DNA from: a candidate division WOR-3 bacterium
Lineage (GTDB): Bacteria; Hydrothermota; Tepidihabitantia; Tepidihabitantales; Tepidihabitantaceae
NCBI GenBank assembly: GCA_013177935.1
Contig: JABLXZ010000001.1
Span: 35,794 to 99,793, forward strand
Length of the DNA stretch: 64,000 nucleotides
Direction of reading: 5' to 3'
The translations under genes and the position numbers were made by a program. The notes under the pieces were generated by a model that had not been told where the DNA came from, searched no databases, and worked only from the letters and a program-made list of their open reading frames with translations. Shown in pieces: positions 1 through 8,712 of this stretch; positions within the stretch are counted from its first letter, which is position 1; the number at the start of each line of letters is the position of its first letter.

Positions 1-741
1 GGCAATGGGAGAAGTTTGACCGATAATCATCAATCCGGCAGCGCACCCGGCAAAATAGGTAAGCCAGATAAGCCAGAACTGGCCTGTTTTCATCATCTGA
101 CCGGCAGAGAAGTCGGTAATTTGCTGAGTTCGGGTTGCGGTTTGAGGATTCCAGCCCGCAGGACGATAACCAGCAGGCGGATTTCTCAAAATCAGGGCAC
201 CGATAAAGATTAATACAAAATAGGCGATGCCCAGATAGCGAAAGGTTAGAAATGGTCCGATGTTGTCAATCATTGCCCGGGCAAGTGGTCCGACAATCAG
301 TGCTCCGGCACCAAAGCCAGCAACCGCCAGACCGGTTATTAACCCTCTTTTGTCCGGAAACCATTTGACACCGGCAGAAATGGGACAGACATAGGCAAAA
401 CCGATACCGATACCAGAAACGACGCCGTAGGCAATGATGAGCATTAAGATGTTCTGGGCAAAACTTGCCAGAATCATACCGGCGGCGAGCAAAACGCCAC
501 CAATGATAGCAACAATCATTGGACCAAACTTGTCCTGAAGGCGGCCACCGATAACCGTTGCCAGAGCAAAGAAGATAAGAACAAACGAAAAGGGAAGGGA
601 AGCCTGGGTTGCGGTAATGTTTAAACCGGTTTCAAGCGGTTTGCGAAAAACACTCCAGGCGTAGATTGCACCAAGGCAGAGTTGAATCAGGATTGCACCA
701 ACCACGATAAACCAGCGATTGAAAGGCTTACTTTCACTCAC
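1..741 (-). CDS. MFS transporter, oxalate/formate antiporter (OFA)-like; C-terminal part lies outside the window
   Basis: Not in the ORF track because it runs off the window edge. Reverse-strand reading from GTG 741 (AGGAGG just upstream) gives VSESKPFNRWFIVVGAILIQLCLGAIYAWSVFRKPLE...GGRLQDKFGP...KWFPDKRGLITGLAVAGFGAGA, with continuous hydrophobic helices typical of OFA-type MFS permeases. Confidence 0.75.
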   Translation of the reverse strand, partial: MSESKPFNRWFIVVGAILIQLCLGAIYAWSVFRKPLETGLNITATQASLPFSFVLIFFALATVIGGRLQDKFGPMIVAIIGGVLLAAGMILASFAQNILMLIIAYGVVSGIGIGFAYVCPISAGVKWFPDKRGLITGLAVAGFGAGALIVGPLARAMIDNIGPFLTFRYLGIAYFVLIFIGALILRNPPAGYRPAGWNPQTATRTQQITDFSAGQMMKTGQFWLIWLTYFAGCAAGLMIIGQTSPIA

Positions 742-776
742 GAACAACCTCCTTTTGAATTTTGGTTGAAATCGGA

Positions 777-805
777 CCGGGGCGTCTGGTTCTCAGACGC
801 CCCGG
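777..805 (-). terminator. Stem-loop between acs and the MFS gene (possible intrinsic terminator or attenuator)
   Basis: CCGGGGCGTCT (777-787) pairs perfectly with AGACGCCCCGG (795-805), with a 7-nt loop. It starts 9 nt after the acs stop. The downstream tail on the minus strand (TCCGATTTCAACC) is only moderately U-rich. Confidence 0.5.
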
Positions 806-813
806 TTTCGGTG

Positions 814-2715
814 TTACTCATCTAAGGTTGAGATATCGCCAATCGGCTTGCCCAGAGCCTCGGCTTTAAGCAGTCGGCGCATTATTTTACCCGAACGGGT
901 CTTGGGCAGTTTGTCCCGGAATTCAATAGATTCGGGCCGGGCGATTGGTCCGATTTCCTGCGCAACCCACTTTTTCAGTTCTTCAACAAGGGCATCGCTG
1001 GGCTGGAACCCAACCTTGAGGGTTACATATGCTTTCGGAACATCGCCTTTGATTTCGTCCGGGATACCGATGACCGCGGCTTCGGCAACCGCAGGATGGG
1101 CAACGAGTGCCGACTCAATTTCAGCGGTGCCGAGTCGGTGTCCGGCAACATTGAGCACCTCATCGGCGCGGCCCCGGAACCAGAAGTACCCATTTTCATC
1201 CCTGGTACAGGAGTCACCGGTGAGGTATTTGCCTTTGAACCGTGACCAGTAGGATTGGACATAACGGTCCGGGTCTTTGTAAAGGGTGCGAAGCATTGAG
1301 GGCCAGGGTCGAAGGATGACCGCAAAGCCATTTTCGTTAGGTTTAACCGGATTGCCATCCTGGTCCACAACATCCGCGGAATATCCTGGCAACGGTTTTG
1401 TTGCTGAACCGGGTTTCAACGGAGTAATGGGTAGAGGTGAAATCACAAATGCGCCGGTTTCGGTTTGCCACCAGGTGTCCATAATCTGCAGTCTGTCACC
1501 GCCGATGTTTTTGCGGTACCAGCGCCACGCTTCGGGGTTGATTGGTTCGCCGACCGAACCGAGCAGCCGTAAGGAGGAGAGGTTATGTTTTGCCGGGTAC
1601 TCTTCACCAAAGCGCATAAACATTCGGATGGCGGTTGGTGATGTGTAAAGAATTGTCACCTTTTCCTTCTCAATGATTGACCACCAGCGGTCCGGTGCCG
1701 GATAATCGGGCGCGCCTTCGTAGAGAACAGAGGTGGCTCCCAACATCAGCGGTGCATACACGATGTAAGAGTGGCCCGTGACCCAGCCGATGTCAGCGGC
1801 ACACCAGTAGATGTCATTGGGTTTAATGTCAAATACAAATTTCAATGTGGTGTAGGTGCCAACCGCATAACCGCCATGGACATGAACAACACCTTTGGGT
1901 TTACCGGTTGTACCTGAGGTGTACAGGATATAAAGCATATCCTCGGCATCGAGTGGTTCGGTTGCACACTCGTCCGACTCCTTTTCGGTGATTTCGTGCC
2001 ACCAGAGGTCGCGGCCCGGTTTCATATCAACCGGATTGCCGGCGCGCTTAAATACGATGCAGTGTTCAATGGAAGGCGATTCCGCGAGTGCCGGGTCAGC
2101 GTTTGCCTTCAGGGTGACAAGTTTGCCCCGGCGATAACCACCATCGGCAGTTATCAAAATCTTCGCCTCAGCGTCTTGAATCCGGTCGCGCAGCGATGCC
2201 GACGAAAATCCGGAGAAAACTACGGAGTGAATTGCGCCGATTTTAGCACAGGCGAGCATTGCCACGGGTAACTGGGGAATCATCGGCATAAATATTGTGA
2301 CCCGGTCACCTTTTTTCACGCCAAGACGCTTCAGGGCGTTTGCCAGTTTGTTAACCTCTTTATAAAGCTGGGCATAAGTCCACTTTTCCACCTCCCCGGG
2401 TTCGGTGTGATAGATGTAGGCGATTTTGTCTTTGACCGCGGTCTTCATATGCCGGTCAATACAGTTACTGGCGATGTTGAATTTGCCACCGATAAACCAC
2501 TTATAGAAAGGTGCTTGAGACTCATCGAGAACCTTTTCCCAGGGTTTAAACCATTCCAGTTCCTTTGCCATTTCGCCCCAGTACCATTCAAGGTCGCGCG
2601 CCCGTTCCAGGAGTTCGTCGAGCGTTTTGATACCGTGCTTCTTCATAAACGCCATCACATTGGAGTTCTCCACCAACTCCTTTGGTGGTTCATAAAAGTT
2701 CGGTTCAGCTGCCAT
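814..2715 (-). CDS. acs: Acetyl-CoA synthetase (AMP-forming)
   Basis: 633 aa. N-terminus ...[16 protein letters not shown]..., AMP-binding motif [13 protein letters not shown]-terminal [14 protein letters not shown]. Length and motifs match Acs. Confidence 0.95.
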   Translation of the reverse strand: MAAEPNFYEPPKELVENSNVMAFMKKHGIKTLDELLERARDLEWYWGEMAKELEWFKPWEKVLDESQAPFYKWFIGGKFNIASNCIDRHMKTAVKDKIAYIYHTEPGEVEKWTYAQLYKEVNKLANALKRLGVKKGDRVTIFMPMIPQLPVAMLACAKIGAIHSVVFSGFSSASLRDRIQDAEAKILITADGGYRRGKLVTLKANADPALAESPSIEHCIVFKRAGNPVDMKPGRDLWWHEITEKESDECATEPLDAEDMLYILYTSGTTGKPKGVVHVHGGYAVGTYTTLKFVFDIKPNDIYWCAADIGWVTGHSYIVYAPLMLGATSVLYEGAPDYPAPDRWWSIIEKEKVTILYTSPTAIRMFMRFGEEYPAKHNLSSLRLLGSVGEPINPEAWRWYRKNIGGDRLQIMDTWWQTETGAFVISPLPITPLKPGSATKPLPGYSADVVDQDGNPVKPNENGFAVILRPWPSMLRTLYKDPDRYVQSYWSRFKGKYLTGDSCTRDENGYFWFRGRADEVLNVAGHRLGTAEIESALVAHPAVAEAAVIGIPDEIKGDVPKAYVTLKVGFQPSDALVEELKKWVAQEIGPIARPESIEFRDKLPKTRSGKIMRRLLKAEALGKPIGDISTLDE

Positions 2716-2765
2716 TTATCCTCCTTTGATTTTTTTAATTAAATTCTTCTTATAAACGGATTTGT

Positions 2766-2794
2766 AGTATAGGGTGTAATTAAGTCAGTGTCAA
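2766..2794 (-). promoter_or_regulatory. Sigma70-like promoter for acs
   Basis: Minus strand reads TTGACA (2794-2789), 17 nt, TATACT (2771-2766). About 45 nt of leader with AAAGGAGG precedes ATG 2715. Confidence 0.6.
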
Positions 2795-2880
2795 GCGAAG
2801 ATGCTGGAAAGGGCAAGATATCTTTATCAGGGTGTGACAAGGGTAGCGCTGGAACAATGATTTAAAACCGGCGCTCTTCT

Positions 2881-5058
2881 TTATCTAACTATCATCACCC
2901 GCTTTGTTTCGGATGACCCGGCAGTGTGGATAAAATAGACGCCGGGTGCGAGGTGCCGGACATCGTTCGTACCCGGTACAAGTTCAAGTACCCTGCGGCC
3001 CGACACATTTACGAGAACCCAGGACGCATCGCGCCTGCTATTCGGTGCTTCAGGCACGGTCAGGACACCGTCCACAATCGTTGCCCGGGCTGGAGAGCGT
3101 CCCAATTCTCCACCGGTCTCTTCTTTTATCCCGGCGAGTAAACTTTTGTAAATTTGCAGTCCGCAGGTGCCAGCCGCGAAGTAGACATAAGGCGGTGAAA
3201 GAACAAGTTCATAAGGACAGTTGGGGGACAAATAGTTGTAACCCGCCAGCACCGGATTTGCCGGCTCGGTTATATCAAGGATTATAAAACCGCACAGGTC
3301 GGTAAAATAAACAAAATGCCGTTCAACCGCTACTCCCCAGGAACAGCCGCGAAAACCCGGATGACGGGCAAGTTCTCGCGGTGCGGCAGGGTTTGCCGCA
3401 TTGACAATCAACAGCCCACCTTCCCGATAACTGGTCAAAAACACCAGCGAATCTTTTAATGCTACTTGAACCGGGTGGTTGGCAGGAGAAAGTGCACCAA
3501 CCTGATAAGGCTGGGACGGGTTTTTGATATTGATGATGCGCAATCCAAAGCCCTCATCCGCAACATAGGCGAGTGACTCCTGAACTGCGACAGCCCGGGC
3601 ATAATTGCTCGGGCAGAAGCCAACTTCATAAGGGTTGCTGGGGTCAGAAATGCTGATAATTCTCACTCCAAAGTTTCCAGCAGCAACATAGGCATAGCTA
3701 TCACGAACCGCAATTCCCGCCATCGAACCCGATAACAACTGCCAGAAACCAACCTGCCGCGGGTTTGCCGGGTCTTTGATATTCAAAACGATTAATCCGG
3801 CTGTATAGTCACCAAGATAAGCGAAGGTATCCTGAACGGCAATGGCACCTATCCCATCAGCGATAGCAGGAAAGAAAGCAAGTTCATCGGGGTTTGCCGG
3901 GTTAGAAACATCAAGGATACGCAGCCCTAAGTCCCAGTCACCAAGAAATGCATAATTGTTCTGAATTGCTAAACTCGTTGCCCAGCCCGACAACTGGTAA
4001 CAGCCGATTTCATACGGCGCCACGCGGTTTTTAATATTGACAATCCATAAGCCGGGATTGGCATTTCCCCGGGCGATAAAGGCAACAGTATCAAGGAGGC
4101 TGATGTCTCCAGTTAAAAGTACCGGAAGTCCTGGTGCGCGGAGCCGGGTAACGAAAAAAGGGTTGCGTGGATTTGACACATTTATCACAATCAATCCGGC
4201 GGTGTCGTGGACGATATAAGCAAATGAATCGGCAACCGCCAGTGCACCTTCAAGCACGCTGGGGCAGAATCCAATTTCCCGGGGTTGGCTTGGTTCAGAA
4301 ATGTCAACGATTCTCAGACCGCGGGTTGTGGAACAGTAGACGAGATCGTCTTTAACCACCATCCCATAGATGTACAAACTGTCCCAGGAGCCCACCTCAA
4401 ACGGGTTTGCCGGATTTCGGATATTAAGAATGCGGAAACCGGTATCCGGTTCATTAACCTTGACGATGGCGAATGAATCAACCGTCTCAATTTGCACTAT
4501 GTCCGCACCGCTCCAGGAACCGATTTCGACCGGGTTTGCTGGGTTCTGGATGTCGTAGATTTTGAGGGTGCTGGGTGTGGGCCAGGGCTGAACACCCAGA
4601 TAGAGATAATGGTCCTGGACTTTTAGTGCTGAAGGCCGAGAAGGAATGGCACACAGTTTTAGCGGTTGGCGCAAGTTGCTAACATCCCAGACCTCTGTTC
4701 CATAACAAACACCGCCGTAGATAAGAAATAAAATATTGTTATGGAAGTCAACAGTAACACCACCACCCCTTGTTCTTATATCACTCAGTTTTATCGGTCT
4801 TGCCGGGTTGCTTACATCAAGCAGTAAAACCCCGCCCCCGGAGGTAACATAGGCTATACGCCGCGCCGGGTCAACCGTAATTGCAGTTCCATAACCAAAG
4901 GGCCAGTTGCCGACAAACCGCGTATTAAAAGAGTCGGGTGGGTAAAATGATAGAGGTTGCTGCCGGTCATAATAACGGTTATTCCACCAACTGGGCGACG
5001 ATAAGCTGCCGGTACCCCCAAAAGTGGTGAGCAAAATTAAGAAGATTAATTCGCTCAT
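2881..5058 (-). CDS. Secreted LVIVD-repeat beta-propeller protein with T9SS/FlgD-type C-terminal sorting domain
   Basis: 725 aa with signal peptide MSELIFLILLTTFGG. More than 10 repeats of the LVIVD-type motif (GLRIVDISEPSQP, GLIVINVSNPRNP, GLRILDVSNPANP, GVRIISISDPSNP). The C-terminal ~70 aa (..VLVNVSGRRVLELVPG..LAPGVYFIHTAG..) resembles a T9SS sorting domain. Confidence 0.75.
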   Translation of the reverse strand: MSELIFLILLTTFGGTGSLSSPSWWNNRYYDRQQPLSFYPPDSFNTRFVGNWPFGYGTAITVDPARRIAYVTSGGGVLLLDVSNPARPIKLSDIRTRGGGVTVDFHNNILFLIYGGVCYGTEVWDVSNLRQPLKLCAIPSRPSALKVQDHYLYLGVQPWPTPSTLKIYDIQNPANPVEIGSWSGADIVQIETVDSFAIVKVNEPDTGFRILNIRNPANPFEVGSWDSLYIYGMVVKDDLVYCSTTRGLRIVDISEPSQPREIGFCPSVLEGALAVADSFAYIVHDTAGLIVINVSNPRNPFFVTRLRAPGLPVLLTGDISLLDTVAFIARGNANPGLWIVNIKNRVAPYEIGCYQLSGWATSLAIQNNYAFLGDWDLGLRILDVSNPANPDELAFFPAIADGIGAIAVQDTFAYLGDYTAGLIVLNIKDPANPRQVGFWQLLSGSMAGIAVRDSYAYVAAGNFGVRIISISDPSNPYEVGFCPSNYARAVAVQESLAYVADEGFGLRIINIKNPSQPYQVGALSPANHPVQVALKDSLVFLTSYREGGLLIVNAANPAAPRELARHPGFRGCSWGVAVERHFVYFTDLCGFIILDITEPANPVLAGYNYLSPNCPYELVLSPPYVYFAAGTCGLQIYKSLLAGIKEETGGELGRSPARATIVDGVLTVPEAPNSRRDASWVLVNVSGRRVLELVPGTNDVRHLAPGVYFIHTAGSSETKRVMIVR

Positions 5059-5076
5059 CCAGTAATTCGGAATCTT

Positions 5077-5697
5077 TTAGAACCTAATCTGACAGCCGCT
5101 ATTTGTACTATCGTAAGGAGGCGACCATTTGTGACGACTGAGTTGTGTCCATTTATAACTCTCATCCAAAGGGTAACAGAAATTCGCGGTACATATCACA
5201 TAATGATAAGGCAGCTGGGGAACGTGCATTTTAACCCAGGGTCGCACCGCAACTTCAACATTATTACGCAGTGTCCGTCCCATTACCATTATTATTGTAT
5301 CGGTAGAAACAGAGCGTGTCCAGCCGCCACAAACTACAATCTTACCGATTTGCTCACCTCTATCTATTGCTCCTTGTAGTGGTCCTCTCAGAGTATCTAT
5401 AAATGAGCCAAAGCGTTCGCCGCCAGGTGGGTCAGTTACATCGGCGTTTGCCTTTGCTTCGGTTGGAGTTGGATAACCTAAGGAGTGAAGCTCTTCTATT
5501 GTCGTGGGTGAAAAACCTGCTAACGGTTCATCCAACGAGACGGAGGTTTCAACAATCAACGCCGCTTGAACAAAAGCCGAATCATCGAGAGTTGCGATGT
5601 AAAGATATCCGTTGGTCCCAAACGAAAAGTTAAGAAATGCCGCACAAAGTATCATCCAGCACATATTTGCTTTTTTGGTTTGGGTGTCTACACGCAT
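5077..5697 (-). CDS. Hypothetical secreted protein
   Basis: ORF 5077-5712. ATG 5697 (MRVDTQTKKANMCWMILCAAF...) is preceded by AAAGGAG, whereas the GTG at 5712 would contain that SD. Hydrophobic N-terminus; no recognisable motifs. The region is more AT-rich than its neighbours. Confidence 0.55.
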   Translation of the reverse strand: MRVDTQTKKANMCWMILCAAFLNFSFGTNGYLYIATLDDSAFVQAALIVETSVSLDEPLAGFSPTTIEELHSLGYPTPTEAKANADVTDPPGGERFGSFIDTLRGPLQGAIDRGEQIGKIVVCGGWTRSVSTDTIIMVMGRTLRNNVEVAVRPWVKMHVPQLPYHYVICTANFCYPLDESYKWTQLSRHKWSPPYDSTNSGCQIRF

Positions 5698-5740
5698 CTT
5701 TACTCCTTTCACCGCCGGGTTGCTATTCCGGCTGCGGGCT

Positions 5741-5768
5741 AATTATAATAAACTCTCTCTCTTGTCAA
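5741..5768 (-). promoter_or_regulatory. Sigma70-like promoter for the 5077-5697 gene
   Basis: Minus strand reads TTGACA (5768-5763), 15-16 nt, TATAAT/ATAATT (5747-5741). Confidence 0.5.
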
Positions 5769-5987
5769 GCAGAAATGTTGTATTGTGCCATTGGGCGCTT
5801 TTTAATGTGATTTCAGGATAATGTCCCCTAACTAACCAAATTACCGTATCTTAATGGCGGTATAGGGTCATAAGTGTGATAACTCAGGGTAGTAATCAAA
5901 AATGGTTCTATTTACCGTAAGTTATGTTAACCCATTTTAAATTAACAAATTAGCATTGCAGGTGGTTGTTAATATCCATCTGGAAAC

Positions 5988-6190
5988 TGTCTGAGATAGG
6001 CGGGGATAAGGGTTCAGGGCTTCACTCTCGAAACCGGTCTGTATCTGAGTCGGGGAACGGTTCTGGGAGCGGTTCCCGGAGTGGTTTCGGAGGCTCCTGT
6101 GAGACGAGTTTATGAACTCTTTGCTAAGTGAGTCCTGAAATAGTTTGCCCTATCAGTAACCGAATCCTTTTAAGGGTAAAATTCCCGGAT
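5988..6190. other. Conserved intergenic element, copy A (structured RNA or protein-binding site; strand unknown)
   Basis: Lies in a ~430-nt gap between two divergent promoters. It shares colinear blocks with 51609-51780: GAGTC-GGGGAACGGTTCTGGGAGCGGTTCCC (6047-6077) and TTTAAGGGTAAAATT (6169-6183), 122 nt apart. Confidence 0.45.
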
Positions 6191-6205
6191 GGTAGTTACA
6201 ATGTG

Positions 6206-6234
6206 TTGACAAGGCGACCGCTTTTGGATAATAC
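6206..6234 (+). promoter_or_regulatory. Sigma70-like promoter for the zinc-ribbon/B12 gene block
   Basis: TTGACA (6206-6211), 17 nt, TAATAC (6229-6234). AAGGAGG lies 7 nt before ATG 6271. Confidence 0.6.
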
Positions 6235-6270
6235 AAATATATACACACTAAATAGATAAGGAGGCGTTAT

Positions 6271-6570
6271 ATGCCGGTTTACGAGTACAGTTGTGATGAT
6301 TGCGGTCATAAGTTTGACATTGTCGCCACGCTGGCAGAGAAGGAGGCAGGTCTGACACCGGTTTGCCCTAATTGTGGGGGAAGAAAGGTGCACCAGGTTT
6401 TTGGCCGGTTTACCGTTGTTGGGGGTTCAAAAGGTGAAGTGGATTTTGATGAAGGGATTGATGAGGATATCGGGGATAATGAAGAGTTGGGCGAGGATAT
6501 GGGCGGTCTGGATGAGGATTTTGGTGATGAGGATAATCTGGATGAGAATGATGAGTTTAATATCGATTAG
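6271..6570 (+). CDS. FmdB-family zinc-ribbon protein with poly-acidic C-terminal tail
   Basis: MPVYEYSCDDCGHKFD...CPNCGG is the FmdB/CxxC-x-CxxC signature. The last ~45 aa are more than 50% Asp/Glu. Confidence 0.8.
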   Translation: MPVYEYSCDDCGHKFDIVATLAEKEAGLTPVCPNCGGRKVHQVFGRFTVVGGSKGEVDFDEGIDEDIGDNEELGEDMGGLDEDFGDEDNLDENDEFNID

Positions 6571-6588
6571 TCCCTAAAAGGAGGAAAG

Positions 6589-7095
6589 ATGTTCTGGTAT
6601 GACTGGATGGCGTTAGGGATTGTTTTAGGAGTGGCGATAATCCAGACAATACGGACAAGTAAAGCCGGGGGAATGGGTTTGACTCTTTTTGAGTTAGGAG
6701 GGTTGGTTGTGGCGGCGGTTGGCGCGGTTAATCTTTCGGGTTCGCTTGCCGAAATAGTCGGGATTCAGCGCCTTGTGATGCTGGTAATTCTTTTTATTGT
6801 GTTTGCGGTAATTGGATTTGTTGTTGCCCGGTGGCTTTTCGGTTTGACCGGCTGGAGTTTTGAGTCGTTAGACGGTTTCTTCGGATTTGTCTGGGGTTTT
6901 GGCGCCGGTGTTGTAATCGCCCATATGGTACTGAGATTGATTATTGAATCCCAGGGTCCTAATGGTGCGGTGGCAGAGAATCTGGTCAACGCGCCGATTG
7001 CCCGGGAGGTGTATTATTTCAAAACCTGGAATGCGCTGTTGAACTTACTATTTAAGGCGAAATTGGGTCCTGATTTTAATCCGGATGTTAACTGA
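6589..7095 (+). CDS. CvpA-like integral membrane protein
   Basis: 168 aa with 4 predicted TM helices. The N-terminus (WYDWMALGIVLGVAIIQTIR) and size resemble the colicin V production protein family. Call made by eye only. Confidence 0.5.
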   Translation: MFWYDWMALGIVLGVAIIQTIRTSKAGGMGLTLFELGGLVVAAVGAVNLSGSLAEIVGIQRLVMLVILFIVFAVIGFVVARWLFGLTGWSFESLDGFFGFVWGFGAGVVIAHMVLRLIIESQGPNGAVAENLVNAPIAREVYYFKTWNALLNLLFKAKLGPDFNPDVN

Positions 7096-7117
7096 AGGGT
7101 ATTCCGACAATTCAGGG

Positions 7118-7146
7118 TTGACTGAAAATCGCACTTTTCATAGAAT
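7118..7146 (+). promoter_or_regulatory. Promoter-like motif abutting the cobO start
   Basis: TTGACT (7118-7123), 17 nt, TAGAAT (7141-7146). The GTG start at 7153 is only 6 nt downstream. Confidence 0.4.
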
Positions 7147-7152
7147 CAGAAT

Positions 7153-7662
7153 GTGATAGAAATTTATACCGGCGATGGAAAAGGGAAAACGACCGCGGCG
7201 TTTGGGCTGGCTTTGCGAGCCGCCGGTCATAACTGGCGGGTTTTAATTGTCCAGTTTATGAAGGGTGACCCGGAATATGGTGAAGTTAAGGCGGTAAAGT
7301 TTGTTCCCGGGATTGAACTGCACCAGTTTGGGTTGAAGACTTTTGTTAAAAGGGGAAGTCCGGATGAGGAGGATGTCCGGCTGGCGCAAAAGGGGCTGGA
7401 GTTTGCCAAGGAGGCGATAAAGGGAAAAAAGTACCAGATGGTGATTCTGGATGAGGTCAATGTGGCGATTGATTATGGTTTGCTTTCTTTGAGCGATGTG
7501 TTACAGCTAATCAAGGATTGCCCCCGGGAGGTGGAGCTGGTTTTGACCGGCAGGAATGCCCAGCCCGAGTTAATTGCGGTCGCCGATCTGGTAAGTGAGG
7601 TGCGCGAAATTAAGCATCCGTTTCAAAAAGGGGTTGTAAATCGTGTCGGTATCGACCATTGA
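7153..7662 (+). CDS. cobO: Cob(I)alamin/cob(I)yrinic acid a,c-diamide adenosyltransferase (CobO/BtuR type)
   Basis: (V)IEIYTGDGKGKTTAAFGLALRAAGHNWRVLIVQFMKG is the P-loop and QF.KG signature of CobA/CobO/BtuR. 169 aa. Confidence 0.9.
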   Translation: MIEIYTGDGKGKTTAAFGLALRAAGHNWRVLIVQFMKGDPEYGEVKAVKFVPGIELHQFGLKTFVKRGSPDEEDVRLAQKGLEFAKEAIKGKKYQMVILDEVNVAIDYGLLSLSDVLQLIKDCPREVELVLTGRNAQPELIAVADLVSEVREIKHPFQKGVVNRVGIDH

Positions 7663-8602
7663 TGAGTTGTTAACCCGTTTTCGCAATGGCGACCGCCGTG
7701 CCTGTGGCCAGATAATTTCGCTGGTGGAAAACAATTTTCCTGAAGGGACTTTGCTCCTCAATGAACTTTATCCTTTGATGGGCAAGGCGTATCGGATTGG
7801 TGTTACCGGTCCTCCTGGTGCGGGCAAGAGCACACTGGTGGAGAAACTGGCTCAGGCGTTTCGGAATGCCGGGAAAACTGTTGGTATCGTTGCCGTGGAC
7901 CCGAGTTCGCCTTTTTCGGGCGGTGCAGTGCTTGGGGACCGGGTGCGTATGAGCGGACTTTTTACCGACCCTGGAGTATACATTCGTTCGATGGCAACGC
8001 GGGGGAGTTTAGGCGGATTGGCGACCAAGACCAAAGAGGTGTGTGATGTGCTGGATGCGTTCGGGAAGAATTACATCATAATCGAGACCGTGGGTGTGGG
8101 ACAGATGGAGCTGGATATCGCTGAGGCGGCAGATTCGACGATTGTGGTGCTGGTGCCGGAGTCGGGTGATGCGATTCAGACTTTGAAGGCGGGTTTGATG
8201 GAGATTGGTGAAATTTACTGTGTGAATAAGGGTGACCGGGAAGGTGCGGACCGAATGGTTCTTGAGATAAGGGCGATGCTTGAGATGCGGGCGAAGAACG
8301 ATGGATGGTTTCCCCCGGTCATCAAAACGGTGGCGACAACCGGTGCGGGTGTTGATGAGCTTTTACAGCAGGTTGTCGCACACCGGCAACACCAGGAGAA
8401 GACGGCACAGCTTACTTTACGGCGCCGCCAGGCGCTGCGGCTGGAGATTGAACGAATCGTGGAAGAGAGGTTGCGCCAGGAGTTTTTCTCCAAGCCGGAA
8501 TTGGGTAGTTTTATTGAACAACTTCTGATTGAGGTTGAGAGCCGCAGGATTTCTCCTTATCAAGCCGCCGCGCTGATCTGGGAAAAGGTGATAAAGCGAT
8601 GA
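7643..8602 (+). CDS. meaB: MeaB/ArgK-type G-protein chaperone for B12-dependent acyl-CoA mutase
   Basis: 319 aa. GVTGPPGAGKSTLVEKL P-loop, AVDPSSPFSGGAVLGDR, ETVGVGQ and NKGD motifs. Overlaps cobO by 20 nt. Confidence 0.9.
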   Translation: MSVSTIDELLTRFRNGDRRACGQIISLVENNFPEGTLLLNELYPLMGKAYRIGVTGPPGAGKSTLVEKLAQAFRNAGKTVGIVAVDPSSPFSGGAVLGDRVRMSGLFTDPGVYIRSMATRGSLGGLATKTKEVCDVLDAFGKNYIIIETVGVGQMELDIAEAADSTIVVLVPESGDAIQTLKAGLMEIGEIYCVNKGDREGADRMVLEIRAMLEMRAKNDGWFPPVIKTVATTGAGVDELLQQVVAHRQHQEKTAQLTLRRRQALRLEIERIVEERLRQEFFSKPELGSFIEQLLIEVESRRISPYQAAALIWEKVIKR

Positions 8603-8712
8603 TTCGGGAGGGGGAGAAGTGGTAAACAGTTGCAGACTGAGCACTAATTTTTTATCCCGACCGGACAGTGAATGTTTAACGGCATTTTTAGCATCTGGAG
8701 AAGGGAGGTGTA

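Noticed and set aside
5769-8712. I looked for a cobalamin riboswitch upstream of the cobO/meaB/mutase genes.
   Set aside because: I found no B12-box-like core (..AGYCMGGAGACCKGCC..) or GGUGAAAAUCC-type motif in 5769-6270, 7096-7152 or 8603-8712. A covariance-model scan would be needed to exclude it formally.
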